Notes under the pieces: model-generated | What the model was told of the DNA's origin: nothing | Database searches by the model: none | The model's input: the letters and a program-made list of their open reading frames with translations, nothing else | Virus record (IMG/VR): IMGVR_UViG_3300020235_000070 | Location: 1 to 50,496 of that record | Source of the DNA: a virus | Taxonomy: Duplodnaviria; Caudoviricetes | DNA length: 50,496 bases | Reading direction: 5' to 3' (one strand) | Part shown: piece after piece, positions 8,988-17,494 of the stretch | How the letters are laid out: every line of letters starts with the position of its first letter | Position numbering within the stretch: the stretch's first letter is position 1 | Translations under genes and position numbers: made by a program

Positions 8988-9055
8988 AAGCTGGGCGGGG
9001 ACTCGAACCCCTGACTAAACTCCCATAGATTTAGCCGCAAACCTGCGCCCGGCTT
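8988..9055 (-). ncRNA. tRNA-like element A (shortened D-arm)
   Basis: AAGCCGGGC/GCCCAGCTT closing stem, GCA-GGTT-TGC, GGCTAAA-loop-TTTAGTC, T-arm GGGG-TTCGAGT-CCCC. Confidence 0.65.
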
Positions 9056-9063
9056 ACCGGGAC

Positions 9064-9369
9064 TTAACTAGCTCTCGGTATTGCTACTGCCGCTACTCCC
9101 CATTTACCGTCAACCTGCATAGCACGACAAACAGGAACAAGGTTGAGATTCCTCTTGAGGTAGTAATTCGTACCAGAAGAATGAATGGAAGTTCTCAACT
9201 GAGCAGCCTCCCCCTCATCCTCACACTGTACGAAGAAATGCTTAGGAGGCTCATCATTCTCAGGAATGATCGCATCCCACGGATACTTCGACTTCTTAAT
9301 AACAGGGGGCATCGTTAGCCCCGACCCTACCACAATAGGGCGGTCCTTTATTTCCCTTTTACCAGCCAT
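9064..9369 (-). CDS. Hypothetical phage protein (KYPW...FFV motif, possibly DNA binding)
   Basis: 101 aa, AAGGAA RBS. Confidence 0.65.
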   Translation of the reverse strand: MAGKREIKDRPIVVGSGLTMPPVIKKSKYPWDAIIPENDEPPKHFFVQCEDEGEAAQLRTSIHSSGTNYYLKRNLNLVPVCRAMQVDGKWGVAAVAIPRAS

Positions 9370-9421
9370 GATTTCTTTCCTTTTAAGAGTTGATCGTCTA
9401 CAACTATGGGAATTTATAACT

Positions 9422-9961
9422 TCACGCTGCTACTGGAGCCCACGAACCATAGTCCTGATTCTCGTAGACTTCCCCATCTCTCTCTACAACTTCCTTAGAA
9501 AGAGTCACATCTATCAGCCTATCTACAAGCTGATCCCAACCGTTACCAAGTTCCTCAAATGCATCTGCATCCTGACCAACTTCTCCGTTGATAATCCAGC
9601 TATACTTCTGGAAAAGCTTTGCGTTTGCATCCTTTTCTTCCTTACGCCTGAACCCGCAAGCAGCCATGATGAAAGGCTTGCAGAATTTCCATCCACCTTC
9701 AGTCCTTGTGTAGCAGGAATAAGGTGTGACAGTCTTTCCAGCGATCTTGTCAGTTTGAAGCTCACCATCGTCGTCATACTGACCGACCATTTCAAGACCA
9801 TATCTCACACCGCAGGAAATGTACACATCTCCGGTGTCAGGGTGTTTGGCTTCACGCATGAAGGCAGTCCTCTTGATGATCTTGACCTGGTAACGTCCCT
9901 TTTCAAAGATAGGGATGTTAGCCTCAACGCTGGTAAAATCCGGCTCAAAAATTGGTGACAT
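9422..9961 (-). CDS. Putative single-stranded DNA-binding protein (DUF669-like)
   Basis: PDF..VE...PI..GRY.V.I N-terminus, acidic, directly downstream of the Sak4-like ATPase. Confidence 0.6.
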   Translation of the reverse strand: MSPIFEPDFTSVEANIPIFEKGRYQVKIIKRTAFMREAKHPDTGDVYISCGVRYGLEMVGQYDDDGELQTDKIAGKTVTPYSCYTRTEGGWKFCKPFIMAACGFRRKEEKDANAKLFQKYSWIINGEVGQDADAFEELGNGWDQLVDRLIDVTLSKEVVERDGEVYENQDYGSWAPVAA

Positions 9962-10019
9962 GATACTACTCCGTGAAATGAAATTATACTACACGACTAG
10001 GTACTTCTATGGGATTAGT

Positions 10020-10889
10020 TCATTTGCTTCCTCCTACGGCCTTCGCCTGTGCTTGGAACTTTATAATAGTCTTAGAGATATTAGGATCTTGATAGTCATT
10101 AGATACTATACCACCAAGGCGTGTACCCGCTATGATCTCATACGGAGAGTCTGAAGCTATAGTCCTCGCCTCAAACTTTTGTCCATTCTTCGTCATACGC
10201 CACACATTGTCAAACTTCTGTGCAATCCTAGTTCTCTGTTTACCTACAAACAATGGACGTATACCTATAAGGTCTGGTAATTGAGTCTTTCTATTAGCCT
10301 TCTGTACCTCATACTCATGGGCTATAAAAATTATATTCTTATCAATATCAAACATCCAACTTACCCATTGGCTCATTAAAGATTGAGCACCCTTCCAGTC
10401 GGAGTCGAAGGGCGCAAGAATCCCGTGTTTCATGTAGGCTTCCCAGGTAGAATAACCCTCTGCCCCAGGACTCCTAGTATCATTGGATATGTGGATGGTT
10501 TTGTTCATCTGGAAATCTTGGAGATTCGTAGCGTTGTCTAGGACAAGAGTCTCAAAGGTTCCAGTTTTGGAAGGGAAATTCTCTTTGGCATCTAGTTCCA
10601 AAGCTTCATCTAGGCAACGGGATACGGCATCACACCCAATAGGGTCTTTAACCTTACCCATCTTCCCGATGGTTTCACTGACATAATCAGTAACTAAATC
10701 TTTCTTGCCATGCTTATCTTGGAAGTGCTTTCCAAAGTAGGTCTTGACTTCATTGTCTCCACCCACACCTAAATGATAAATAGGCTCAGGAGAAGTTAAA
10801 GCAGTAAATGTCTTGCCTGTTTTTGGAGCCCCGTAGATGAGGAATTTCTCCCTACCGTCTAAAATCTCGGGACTAATCGGTGATGGCAT
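10020..10889 (-). CDS. AAA_24/Sak4-like recombination ATPase
   Basis: LIYGAPKTGKT Walker A, TLVLDN Walker B, IFIAHE, FDNVW. Confidence 0.8.
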   Translation of the reverse strand: MPSPISPEILDGREKFLIYGAPKTGKTFTALTSPEPIYHLGVGGDNEVKTYFGKHFQDKHGKKDLVTDYVSETIGKMGKVKDPIGCDAVSRCLDEALELDAKENFPSKTGTFETLVLDNATNLQDFQMNKTIHISNDTRSPGAEGYSTWEAYMKHGILAPFDSDWKGAQSLMSQWVSWMFDIDKNIIFIAHEYEVQKANRKTQLPDLIGIRPLFVGKQRTRIAQKFDNVWRMTKNGQKFEARTIASDSPYEIIAGTRLGGIVSNDYQDPNISKTIIKFQAQAKAVGGSK

Positions 10890-11265
10890 CTTCGTCCTTT
10901 ATGGGATGTAGTGGGATTGACTCGGTAGAAATTTCTTCCATAACTTTTAGGGGATCTTCGCCACGTTGTACTCGTTTGATTAACTTGTAGACGTTGTGTA
11001 TCGGTTGAGGATACATTCCATCTGGAACACCAATCTCTTTGAGAATCATATCTAAGGTCAACCTAAGTGTAGCCCGCTCATGTTGTCTTACTTGGGTCTT
11101 TTCCCTAGTTAGATGCTCTCTGATATAGGCTGCATCTTTGTCAGTAAACTTGATCTTGAACTTGATTCCAGAGTGTGACTTATCGCCTAGTTCTAATACA
11201 ATCCAGAAAGGGTCTTTGAAGGTTACGCCTAGGACTTTACCCTCTAAGACTGTCGTTTGGATCAT
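10873..11265 (-). CDS. Hypothetical protein
   Basis: 130 aa, GGAGG RBS. Confidence 0.65.
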   Translation of the reverse strand: MIQTTVLEGKVLGVTFKDPFWIVLELGDKSHSGIKFKIKFTDKDAAYIREHLTREKTQVRQHERATLRLTLDMILKEIGVPDGMYPQPIHNVYKLIKRVQRGEDPLKVMEEISTESIPLHPIKDEDAITD

Positions 11266-11420
11266 TACTTATTCCTCCTTCGACTAAGCCTAGATTGCTT
11301 ACGAGACTTTTTCTTGCGAAGTATAGCTTTAGGAGATAGATGTTTGAAGAAGAATCTACTTCCAGCTTCGTTGTCTAGGATAACTGCGTGGCCCTGTTGG
11401 GCTCGGCGTCTTGCACTCAT
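11265..11420 (-). CDS. Small, very basic protein (51 aa)
   Basis: MSARRRAQQ...RKKKSRKQSRLSRRRNK; GGAGG RBS; ATGA and TAATG coupling. Confidence 0.6.
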   Translation of the reverse strand: MSARRRAQQGHAVILDNEAGSRFFFKHLSPKAILRKKKSRKQSRLSRRRNK

Positions 11421-11707
11421 AGAGTACCTCCACCTGTCCTTATTAGTTTACTGACTTCTTCATATTTCTTTCCGAGAACTTTTCTTAGCTTCTCTCTAAC
11501 CATGTACGCTGATTCCATTGGCTGTAGATGTTCTGGCCCAGGAATCTGTCTCCACATTCCACCTGAATTTATGTTAGATACCCACATAGATCCATCATCA
11601 CACAATGCTACCAAAAGAGATAGGGGTGTACTCATGTTATCCATACCAGGTTCAACTATAGATGTTAACTGGATAACCTTTCTATCTGTGTCGTCTTGTA
11701 AAAACAT
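11417..11707 (-). CDS. Hypothetical protein
   Basis: 96 aa from MFLQDD; TAATG coupling. Confidence 0.6.
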   Translation of the reverse strand: MFLQDDTDRKVIQLTSIVEPGMDNMSTPLSLLVALCDDGSMWVSNINSGGMWRQIPGPEHLQPMESAYMVREKLRKVLGKKYEEVSKLIRTGGGTL

Positions 11708-11778
11708 TATGAAACCAACAGGTAAACGAGGACCGTAGCACAAATTATGAAGTATATAACATCACTTTCCTGCGTCAT
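11707..11778 (-). CDS. Single-pass membrane micropeptide (23 aa)
   Basis: MTQESDVIYFIICATVLVYLLVS; ATGA and TAATG overlaps exactly fill the gap. Confidence 0.5.
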   Translation of the reverse strand: MTQESDVIYFIICATVLVYLLVS

Positions 11779-12827
11779 AACTCGGACTCCTCTGCGTCAG
11801 GATCAGCAAAATCCCAATGGGAATACACAGTGTAATTCTCTAACCATTTTTCCATCATATAGGCACTACTCCCGTTTTCCTCACAAAGATCAAAGTATGG
11901 GCAACGTCCAAAATCTTGACAGGCTATCGTGCGTTGAGGAAATGCTAAGTATCCTAGTTCCTCTACTCTAGACCACATCATCACGATCATCTGACGTTCC
12001 ATCATACGAGAGGCAAGCCAAGCTTCCTGTTGGCCTCGTGTGTATGTGAAATGATGCTGGTGAATCTCTGGCCCTTTGGTCTTGGTATTATATAGAGTCT
12101 CCACTAATACCTCAAACTCCTCGCCGCGTAGCATCTCACCGCCCCACTTATAACCCTGCATTTGGCTGCTAGGATTAAACTTGTCCTTATATTTGTCACC
12201 CATTCTGGACGTAGATTTGAAGTCCTTAATCATGTCCTTGTCATTGAGTGTTATATACTTTATAAACTGGTCAACTCTCCCACCATGACGGGCCTGGACA
12301 TAGGTTCCTTCCCTACATTTAATACAAGTCTCGCCTTCTTTCTCTGTGATACTTGTCCATCCACATGAAAGGCAGATAACAAACGGAAGTTCAATATCAA
12401 ATGAATCCTCGGAACGAGTAACTAGGATAGTTCCTTTAGTCATCTGTTCTTCAATTCTTGTTCTAGCTAGATTACAAGATTCGTATAACCTGAGCATATT
12501 TAGATAGGCCCACTTACTATCAGCAGGAGGCAATTCTAACAATTCTGCTGCCTCGGTTCTAGCTGCCTCGTGGATGGCATCAGTCATTCCTGAGCCAGAT
12601 TCTTTCATAGCTAGTTCTGCAAGCTCTCTATACTTATGGTAGGCTAGACCAAATTTGATTGGATAAGACACACCAATAGAACCACGACGTAGGCCATACC
12701 TAATGAACCCGCGTCTAGGGCATCTACCGTATTCAGTCTCCGTGGAATCATCCGATATTTCCTCGAAGGGATACATCGGAAGTGATACCTTCCACTTCTT
12801 AGTATTTATCTTAGTCTCAACCTTCAT
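11775..12827 (-). CDS. PD-(D/E)xK exonuclease (RecB/AddB/Cas4-like) with an inserted Zn ribbon
   Basis: CPRR, FGLAYH, GRVD, IKDFKS, QMQGY, C-terminal C..FGRCPYFDLC; internal CLSC...CIKC. Confidence 0.85.
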   Translation of the reverse strand: MKVETKINTKKWKVSLPMYPFEEISDDSTETEYGRCPRRGFIRYGLRRGSIGVSYPIKFGLAYHKYRELAELAMKESGSGMTDAIHEAARTEAAELLELPPADSKWAYLNMLRLYESCNLARTRIEEQMTKGTILVTRSEDSFDIELPFVICLSCGWTSITEKEGETCIKCREGTYVQARHGGRVDQFIKYITLNDKDMIKDFKSTSRMGDKYKDKFNPSSQMQGYKWGGEMLRGEEFEVLVETLYNTKTKGPEIHQHHFTYTRGQQEAWLASRMMERQMIVMMWSRVEELGYLAFPQRTIACQDFGRCPYFDLCEENGSSAYMMEKWLENYTVYSHWDFADPDAEESEL

Positions 12828-13044
12828 CTTCGTCCTCTACATAATCATTCATTTCTGCGGCTGCTGATTCCACCGCTTCAGATACTTCTCCATCTAAGAC
12901 TGTATGGTCATGTAGTTCATTAAACTTCTTGAGAGATAAATTCAAAAAAAATTTCAACATCCCTCGACTAGGAAATATCAACTTGAATTCATCGACAGCA
13001 ACCTTATCAAGCTCGATGGTGGTTTTGTAATACTCAATCATCAT
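12817..13044 (-). CDS. Hypothetical protein
   Basis: 75 aa ORF in the operon. Confidence 0.55.
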   Translation of the reverse strand: MMIEYYKTTIELDKVAVDEFKLIFPSRGMLKFFLNLSLKKFNELHDHTVLDGEVSEAVESAAAEMNDYVEDEDEG

Positions 13045-13047
13045 GCT

Positions 13048-13200
13048 TCATGGTAGGATGTACCAAGAGTCAGGGTCAGATTCGTAGGACCATTTCATCT
13101 TGTTAGCGGCTAGGTCCACTAGGAATATACTTTCCATTAAGGTCCAATGAAAGTACACTCTCCACCATTGAGGGGAGAAGTTGTAATGGACCAACGCCAC
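13048..13200 (-). CDS. Hypothetical protein (start uncertain)
   Basis: Aromatic-rich ORF filling the gap. Confidence 0.4.
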   Translation of the reverse strand: MALVHYNFSPQWWRVYFHWTLMESIFLVDLAANKMKWSYESDPDSWYILP

Positions 13201-13201
13201 A

Positions 13202-13408
13202 CTACACTGAAGCGCCACTGTCGCCCCCTGCGTCAATGATCTGTTTCATTTCATCTACGCTCATATCTGCTGGAGCGTGAAACTCTCCCCCTTCTGCAAA
13301 TCTTACGACCACTCGCTCATAGGGGGTGGAATACCAAATGCGGCGAACATCTTCCACTGTCACATACTCAGGATTGCCGTCATGGTTGATAAGACGTATG
13401 AGAGTCAC
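13202..13408 (-). CDS. Hypothetical protein
   Basis: 68 aa ORF in the operon. Confidence 0.55.
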   Translation of the reverse strand: MTLIRLINHDGNPEYVTVEDVRRIWYSTPYERVVVRFAEGGEFHAPADMSVDEMKQIIDAGGDSGASV

Positions 13409-13414
13409 GGTTGG

Positions 13415-13810
13415 TTATCCATCCTTTAATCCATTCATATGCGGCCACATCCAAGCTGGTCTACAATGATACCACCATGTTATTGGAATATCTTTTTGAG
13501 GAACCAACGCCACACTCCCACACCAATGCTCAGGATCATCGTGATATGTGTTGCAGCGTTTACATTTTACTAACTCTGAGATACCTGCCAACTTTCTTTC
13601 TGCTTTTCTAAGTGGAGAGTCATTAAGATAGACTACTTCGTAAGGCTTCTTAGTACCCTCTGCATAGAATTCATAGTGACTACTATATACATCATCATCC
13701 CTCATTTCTTGTGTTACAAATTTATCATACTTACTGTACCACTTCTTCATCTTATCTAAATCTTCGGGCTTACTTGGAGTTAGATCATCAAGGATTAAGA
13801 ATTTATTCAT
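13415..13810 (-). CDS. Hypothetical protein with a C-terminal Cys/His cluster
   Basis: CKRC..H...HWC. Confidence 0.6.
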   Translation of the reverse strand: MNKFLILDDLTPSKPEDLDKMKKWYSKYDKFVTQEMRDDDVYSSHYEFYAEGTKKPYEVVYLNDSPLRKAERKLAGISELVKCKRCNTYHDDPEHWCGSVALVPQKDIPITWWYHCRPAWMWPHMNGLKDG

Positions 13811-14348
13811 CGGGTGTCCAATACAATTCTGCGTATTCCACTTTCGTACTCAACGTAATTCCCTTGTCCTCGTGGTCCATAAATCCCCAATCATTAGTCT
13901 TAGTCCAATCGAATAACTTCTGCTTATCCTCTGGCTTTAGAATAACATTCGGGAATCGTAGCTCAACATACCCTTGCTTCTCACCCTCTAGAGCCCCGGC
14001 AAGTACATCAAATAGATTCACGCCGGATTCTATTGTTCCTTTGACGACTCTATTATTGCTTCCACTATCCGAAACAGTGTCCTCCCCAACAGCAACCCCA
14101 ACGGGACCGCGAGTATATTCAGCGACAACAGCATCGTGTTCCACCTTAAATTTGAAGTTATGGAAAATAGAATCGTAGTAGTGTTTTAAGTCTTGGAATT
14201 TTTTAGACGCAAGGACGGCCTCGCGTAGCTTGTAGGCAAGCTTGGTAGGATTAGTGGTTTCAAACCGGAAGTTTTCCTTAGCTTCTAACAACTGATCTAG
14301 CTGAGGTTTATTCCGATTGACCGCGTGGCGAGTAAGATTATAACCCAT
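13803..14348 (-). CDS. Hypothetical protein
   Basis: 181 aa, overlaps its neighbours. Confidence 0.7.
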   Translation of the reverse strand: MGYNLTRHAVNRNKPQLDQLLEAKENFRFETTNPTKLAYKLREAVLASKKFQDLKHYYDSIFHNFKFKVEHDAVVAEYTRGPVGVAVGEDTVSDSGSNNRVVKGTIESGVNLFDVLAGALEGEKQGYVELRFPNVILKPEDKQKLFDWTKTNDWGFMDHEDKGITLSTKVEYAELYWTPDE

Positions 14349-14541
14349 TGGGTCTTATGGGACGAGGATAATGTCCTTCAAGCTTCTTGTATTCTTCACG
14401 GAAGGATTCTTTTGCATCCAACCAGCGACCTTTATGCTTACACAGTTTGAGTATTGCAAAGAGGTGTCTTATTGGAGAGCAATCGTCGAAGAAGGTTTTG
14501 TGCTCCCGCCAAATCTTGTTAAAAGCTGATCTAACTAACAT
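14338..14541 (-). CDS. Hypothetical protein
   Basis: 67 aa, GAGG RBS. Confidence 0.55.
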   Translation of the reverse strand: MLVRSAFNKIWREHKTFFDDCSPIRHLFAILKLCKHKGRWLDAKESFREEYKKLEGHYPRPIRPNGL

Positions 14542-14776
14542 AATTTACCCTCTCTGGAAAATCTTTGTAAATTTCCATAAATGCATTTCTTAAGCCTGGC
14601 TTGAGTAGCTCGTGAAATGTGTCCCGCGTTACCTCACCTAGTTTATCGTAGGCTGGATCATCTAGTAGGTCTGTAATGGGTTGGACGTACAATCTCTCTG
14701 CTAACAACGCCGAGCACAGTACACCCGCCGCAACCCGATTACGGACTAGGGTTAGAAACTTTCTTCGACTTAGCAT
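14531..14776 (-). CDS. Small protein with a twin-arginine-like N-terminus and a segment similar to the major capsid N-terminus
   Basis: MLSRRKFL; RDTFHELLKPGLRNAFMEIYKDFPE versus MCP RGAFNHLLRPGLRRDFRDSYMGFEE; GGAGG RBS. Confidence 0.7.
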   Translation of the reverse strand: MLSRRKFLTLVRNRVAAGVLCSALLAERLYVQPITDLLDDPAYDKLGEVTRDTFHELLKPGLRNAFMEIYKDFPERVNYVS

Positions 14777-14939
14777 CTAAGACCTCCCCATGTGAATTAA
14801 ACCTACAATCACACGCCGAACAATTATATTCCCATTCGTTAGTTGTCGCTAGTAGATATATTTCTACGTATTGTTTGCAATTTGGGCATATCTCTTTCAG
14901 GTACATCATCTTCTCCTGCTGCTGCTCTTGCCTCGTCAA
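14739..14939 (-). CDS. Zn-ribbon protein
   Basis: CPNC...CSAC; start uncertain. Confidence 0.5.
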   Translation of the reverse strand: MTRQEQQQEKMMYLKEICPNCKQYVEIYLLATTNEWEYNCSACDCRFNSHGEVLDAKSKKVSNPSP

Positions 14940-15423
14940 TTAAAGCTGCATCGTGGTCTGATAGAAGCGAAAGTTTGTCTAATCTTTCCAGCCAAATCTG
15001 TTCATGTTCTCCTCTACCTGGTCCTAATATCTCATCCACATCTTGTACAGAGTAGTGTATAGAATAAATGAACGCATTCATTTTCTTCACAGTAGTAATC
15101 ATATCGACGTTGTTGGTATCTTCGCATGATTGTACTATAAAGTAACTCAACATTCCCATACAATAACATAGGAGATCCCAATGTAGGGGTTGTTGAGCGG
15201 CCTCTTTATAATCTTCTAGACCTAGGGCTCTGATTATGAATGTGTTAATTAAATCTTGACGTTCCTCTATGGACAAATGTTTTGCATCGACAACCTCCAT
15301 CCTAGATGTGATGGTTTCTTCGAGAGTTTGCTTCAATGGTTTTGGAACGTAGTGGAGACAATTACACTTAGGGCAACTCCCACCGGGATGGTGGTGTCCA
15401 CAGAGACAGTACACTTTGGTCAC
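14839..15423 (-). CDS. Hypothetical protein with an N-terminal Cys/His finger
   Basis: CLCGHHH...CPKCNC; GTGA coupling. Confidence 0.6.
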   Translation of the reverse strand: MTKVYCLCGHHHPGGSCPKCNCLHYVPKPLKQTLEETITSRMEVVDAKHLSIEERQDLINTFIIRALGLEDYKEAAQQPLHWDLLCYCMGMLSYFIVQSCEDTNNVDMITTVKKMNAFIYSIHYSVQDVDEILGPGRGEHEQIWLERLDKLSLLSDHDAALIDEARAAAGEDDVPERDMPKLQTIRRNISTSDN

Positions 15424-15554
15424 TTGGTTGGCACCAACTCCCGCTCTTTCTCTGTCTCTTTCTTTTCTGGCTGCGGCTGCGTGTGGGGCGTTTTCTGTGG
15501 AATTACTTCGGGCTCGATCTCATGCTCTCTGATTGGCAATCCGATGTCACTCAT
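15420..15554 (-). CDS. Small Pro/Glu-rich peptide (44 aa)
   Basis: MSDIGLPIREHEIEPEVIPQ...; GAGGAG RBS. Confidence 0.55.
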   Translation of the reverse strand: MSDIGLPIREHEIEPEVIPQKTPHTQPQPEKKETEKERELVPTK

Positions 15555-15852
15555 TTTGATCTCCTCTTATTAAGTCAACTGCAACACCGTGACCTCTACT
15601 CGCTTCATCCCATGTACAATATCTCTCTTGGTATCCATCGTTTTCTCCACCAAAGATCATCGTTTCAAATAGGAGTGGTGGACCAGCACGACCATATCCA
15701 TGATCTAGACCAAGAAAAACTGTTGAGATTCTTACATCCCCAATATTGGTAACGTCCACATGACGATTAGTATATTCCAGGGCTCTAGCACCTGTCAGAA
15801 GATCCACCTTAAAAGGATTATGTTTCTCATCGAGAATATACCAATCAATCAT
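15547..15852 (-). CDS. Phage hypothetical protein (ISTVFLGLDH...LFETMIFGG type)
   Basis: Motif pattern I associate with phage early genes; ATGA coupling. Confidence 0.7.
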   Translation of the reverse strand: MIDWYILDEKHNPFKVDLLTGARALEYTNRHVDVTNIGDVRISTVFLGLDHGYGRAGPPLLFETMIFGGENDGYQERYCTWDEASRGHGVAVDLIRGDQNE

Positions 15853-16073
15853 TTGTGAATCCTTTCTCTGAGGTATCGTACATACTCTGGACTAGGTAAT
15901 CTTACAGATCCTACTGCTTCACCATCTACTGTAATAGTAGCGTAGTGTACATCTGGTTCATCTTCATTTGAGGCTACAGAATTAAGCTTAACTATCCACT
16001 CACATTCTTCTGGTGGTTTAAGCTCCTCCTTTTTTGCCCCATCATATCCTGATGTTGACGGTATGCTACCCAC
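15849..16073 (-). CDS. Hypothetical protein
   Basis: 74 aa ORF in the operon. Confidence 0.55.
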   Translation of the reverse strand: MGSIPSTSGYDGAKKEELKPPEECEWIVKLNSVASNEDEPDVHYATITVDGEAVGSVRLPSPEYVRYLRERIHK

Positions 16074-16266
16074 TCTTGTTTACCTCCTCTATCCTATCTT
16101 TAGCTACCTTGAGATACCCCGGTATAACAAAGTTGAATAGCATCCCCTCCGTTATAGGGAATTTGTCATATTCTTTTGAAAATGGTGCAAGAATATTCCC
16201 TAATTCTACAGCATGATTGTGTAGTCTCTCGTAGTCAAGATCCATTTGTGAATCCTTATCACTCAT
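16066..16266 (-). CDS. Hypothetical protein
   Basis: 66 aa ORF in the operon. Confidence 0.55.
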   Translation of the reverse strand: MSDKDSQMDLDYERLHNHAVELGNILAPFSKEYDKFPITEGMLFNFVIPGYLKVAKDRIEEVNKSG

Positions 16267-16654
16267 CTGGTTCTAACCTGTCATAGTCTGGAAACTTATA
16301 AGGCTTCTTCATCATACCCTTCGGTTGCCAAATTATAGGCAACTCGCGCATAGCATCGTACTCGTCTAGTGATATAGCTAGTGTAGCAGATGTAGGGAGT
16401 GCTTTTTTATCGTACAACTCCATTACATTCTTTCTATCAATAGTTATATCTATCATATACTTATGAATCCCACTCTCTCCACACACAGTAGTCTGCTCAA
16501 ATAACTTTGCCCATATGTAATAGGCAATCTGTTTGTCCTCTTTCCAGTAATGCTCTACCCATTCGATGTAGTCTGTACCCAACAAAAACATAAGTTTTGC
16601 AGGCTTCTTACCAACTACATCTGTGCCATGTCTGTATAGTATATTTTTACTCAT
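16259..16654 (-). CDS. Hypothetical protein (LYRHGT N-terminus)
   Basis: 131 aa ORF. Confidence 0.6.
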   Translation of the reverse strand: MSKNILYRHGTDVVGKKPAKLMFLLGTDYIEWVEHYWKEDKQIAYYIWAKLFEQTTVCGESGIHKYMIDITIDRKNVMELYDKKALPTSATLAISLDEYDAMRELPIIWQPKGMMKKPYKFPDYDRLEPDE

Positions 16655-16664
16655 ATTATTTTAA

Positions 16665-16789
16665 GGGGCTTTCACACCGTAGTCGGACCCATGCTTACGT
16701 TCGGGGAGCCACCCCCTGCTGTGACCCGATTAATCTTATCACCGTAATTGTAGCCACCAATTACAAGAATCTACTATGCTACTAACCCC
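16665..16789 (-). ncRNA. Structured RNA with an AGUA/GAA (loop E/sarcin-ricin type) internal loop and a three-way junction
   Basis: GGGGTT-AGTA-GCAT..GTAG / CTAC.GTGT-GAA-AGCCCC; arms GTAATTG/CAATTAC and TCGGGTC/GGTCCGA with GGGG/CCCC. Confidence 0.6.
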
Positions 16790-16791
16790 AT

Positions 16792-16876
16792 TGGAGGGGT
16801 GAGGATTTGAACCTCACTAGGCAACGGCGGAACCCCACAGTTCTTTACCGCACCTTCCGGGTGATTTCTCCCCTCC
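16792..16876 (-). ncRNA. tRNA-like element B
   Basis: Perfect 7-bp acceptor GGAGGGG/CCCCTCC-A and T-arm TGAGG-TTCAAAT-CCTCA; D and anticodon arms are non-canonical. Confidence 0.7.
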
Positions 16877-16882
16877 ATTAAA

Positions 16883-17302
16883 TCAATCCCAAGGACACCA
16901 AACGAGATGGATTCCTCTGGCTTCAAAGTAAGGTTGCATTTCTTTGATTCTGTCAAACGGAGTGTAATCAGCATCACCAGACTGATCGTTGAGTTTCATT
17001 ACTGTATTACAATCGTTGTTCTCCTCAATGTTGTGTCTTTTCACGCCCCATTCTGGGCACTCCACGAGCCAATCGTCATAGAATCCATCAAACTCACCCT
17101 GTCGCATATCAAATAAAACATCCGCGTCTATATCCGTTAACAGAGAGATACCAACTAAGTGTTCTATCTCAACACCGCGATCTCTTGCATCAATTCCCAT
17201 GATACATCCACAGAAATCTCCATTCTGTAACTCACCCAAAATCCCTTTCGCGGGTTCTCCTCTGATCCATTCAGAGTTTTTCACCAAAAGCTTTCTCATC
17301 AT
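16883..17302 (-). CDS. Hypothetical protein
   Basis: Start at MMRKLL with a GGAGG RBS; WIRG...CGCIMG motif. Confidence 0.65.
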   Translation of the reverse strand: MMRKLLVKNSEWIRGEPAKGILGELQNGDFCGCIMGIDARDRGVEIEHLVGISLLTDIDADVLFDMRQGEFDGFYDDWLVECPEWGVKRHNIEENNDCNTVMKLNDQSGDADYTPFDRIKEMQPYFEARGIHLVWCPWD

Positions 17303-17335
17303 AATCCTCCTATGGGAACGAGAAATAGTACAAAA

Positions 17336-17445
17336 GAGAGGCCCGGAATCGAACCGGGAGATCATCGCTTTGGATGTGATCGCCTCCTAAGTTCCTAGCT
17401 TTTTCTGTGCAGCAGAATCGCAGCTAGGCCCCCCTAGGCACTCTC
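17336..17445 (-). ncRNA. tRNA-like element C (extended first arm)
   Basis: GAGAG/CTCTC closing stem, long CCTAGG..CCTAGCT..TTCTG/CAGAA..AGCTAGG..CTTAGG arm, GATCA/TGATC arm, T-arm CCCGG-TTCGATT-CCGGG. Confidence 0.7.
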
Positions 17446-17494
17446 AGCGTTTCACCAATAAACATTACACACACTTGTTGGGTTCGACGGGATA

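Noticed and set aside
11265-11420. Ribosomal protein bS21 homolog
   Set aside because: Only a basic C-terminus and RFF are suggestive; the N-terminal bS21 pattern and the EKP motif are missing.
16792-16876. Calling the tRNA-like elements functional tRNAs with assigned anticodons
   Set aside because: They lack a canonical D-loop and a 7-nt anticodon loop with U33, so no amino-acid identity can be supported.
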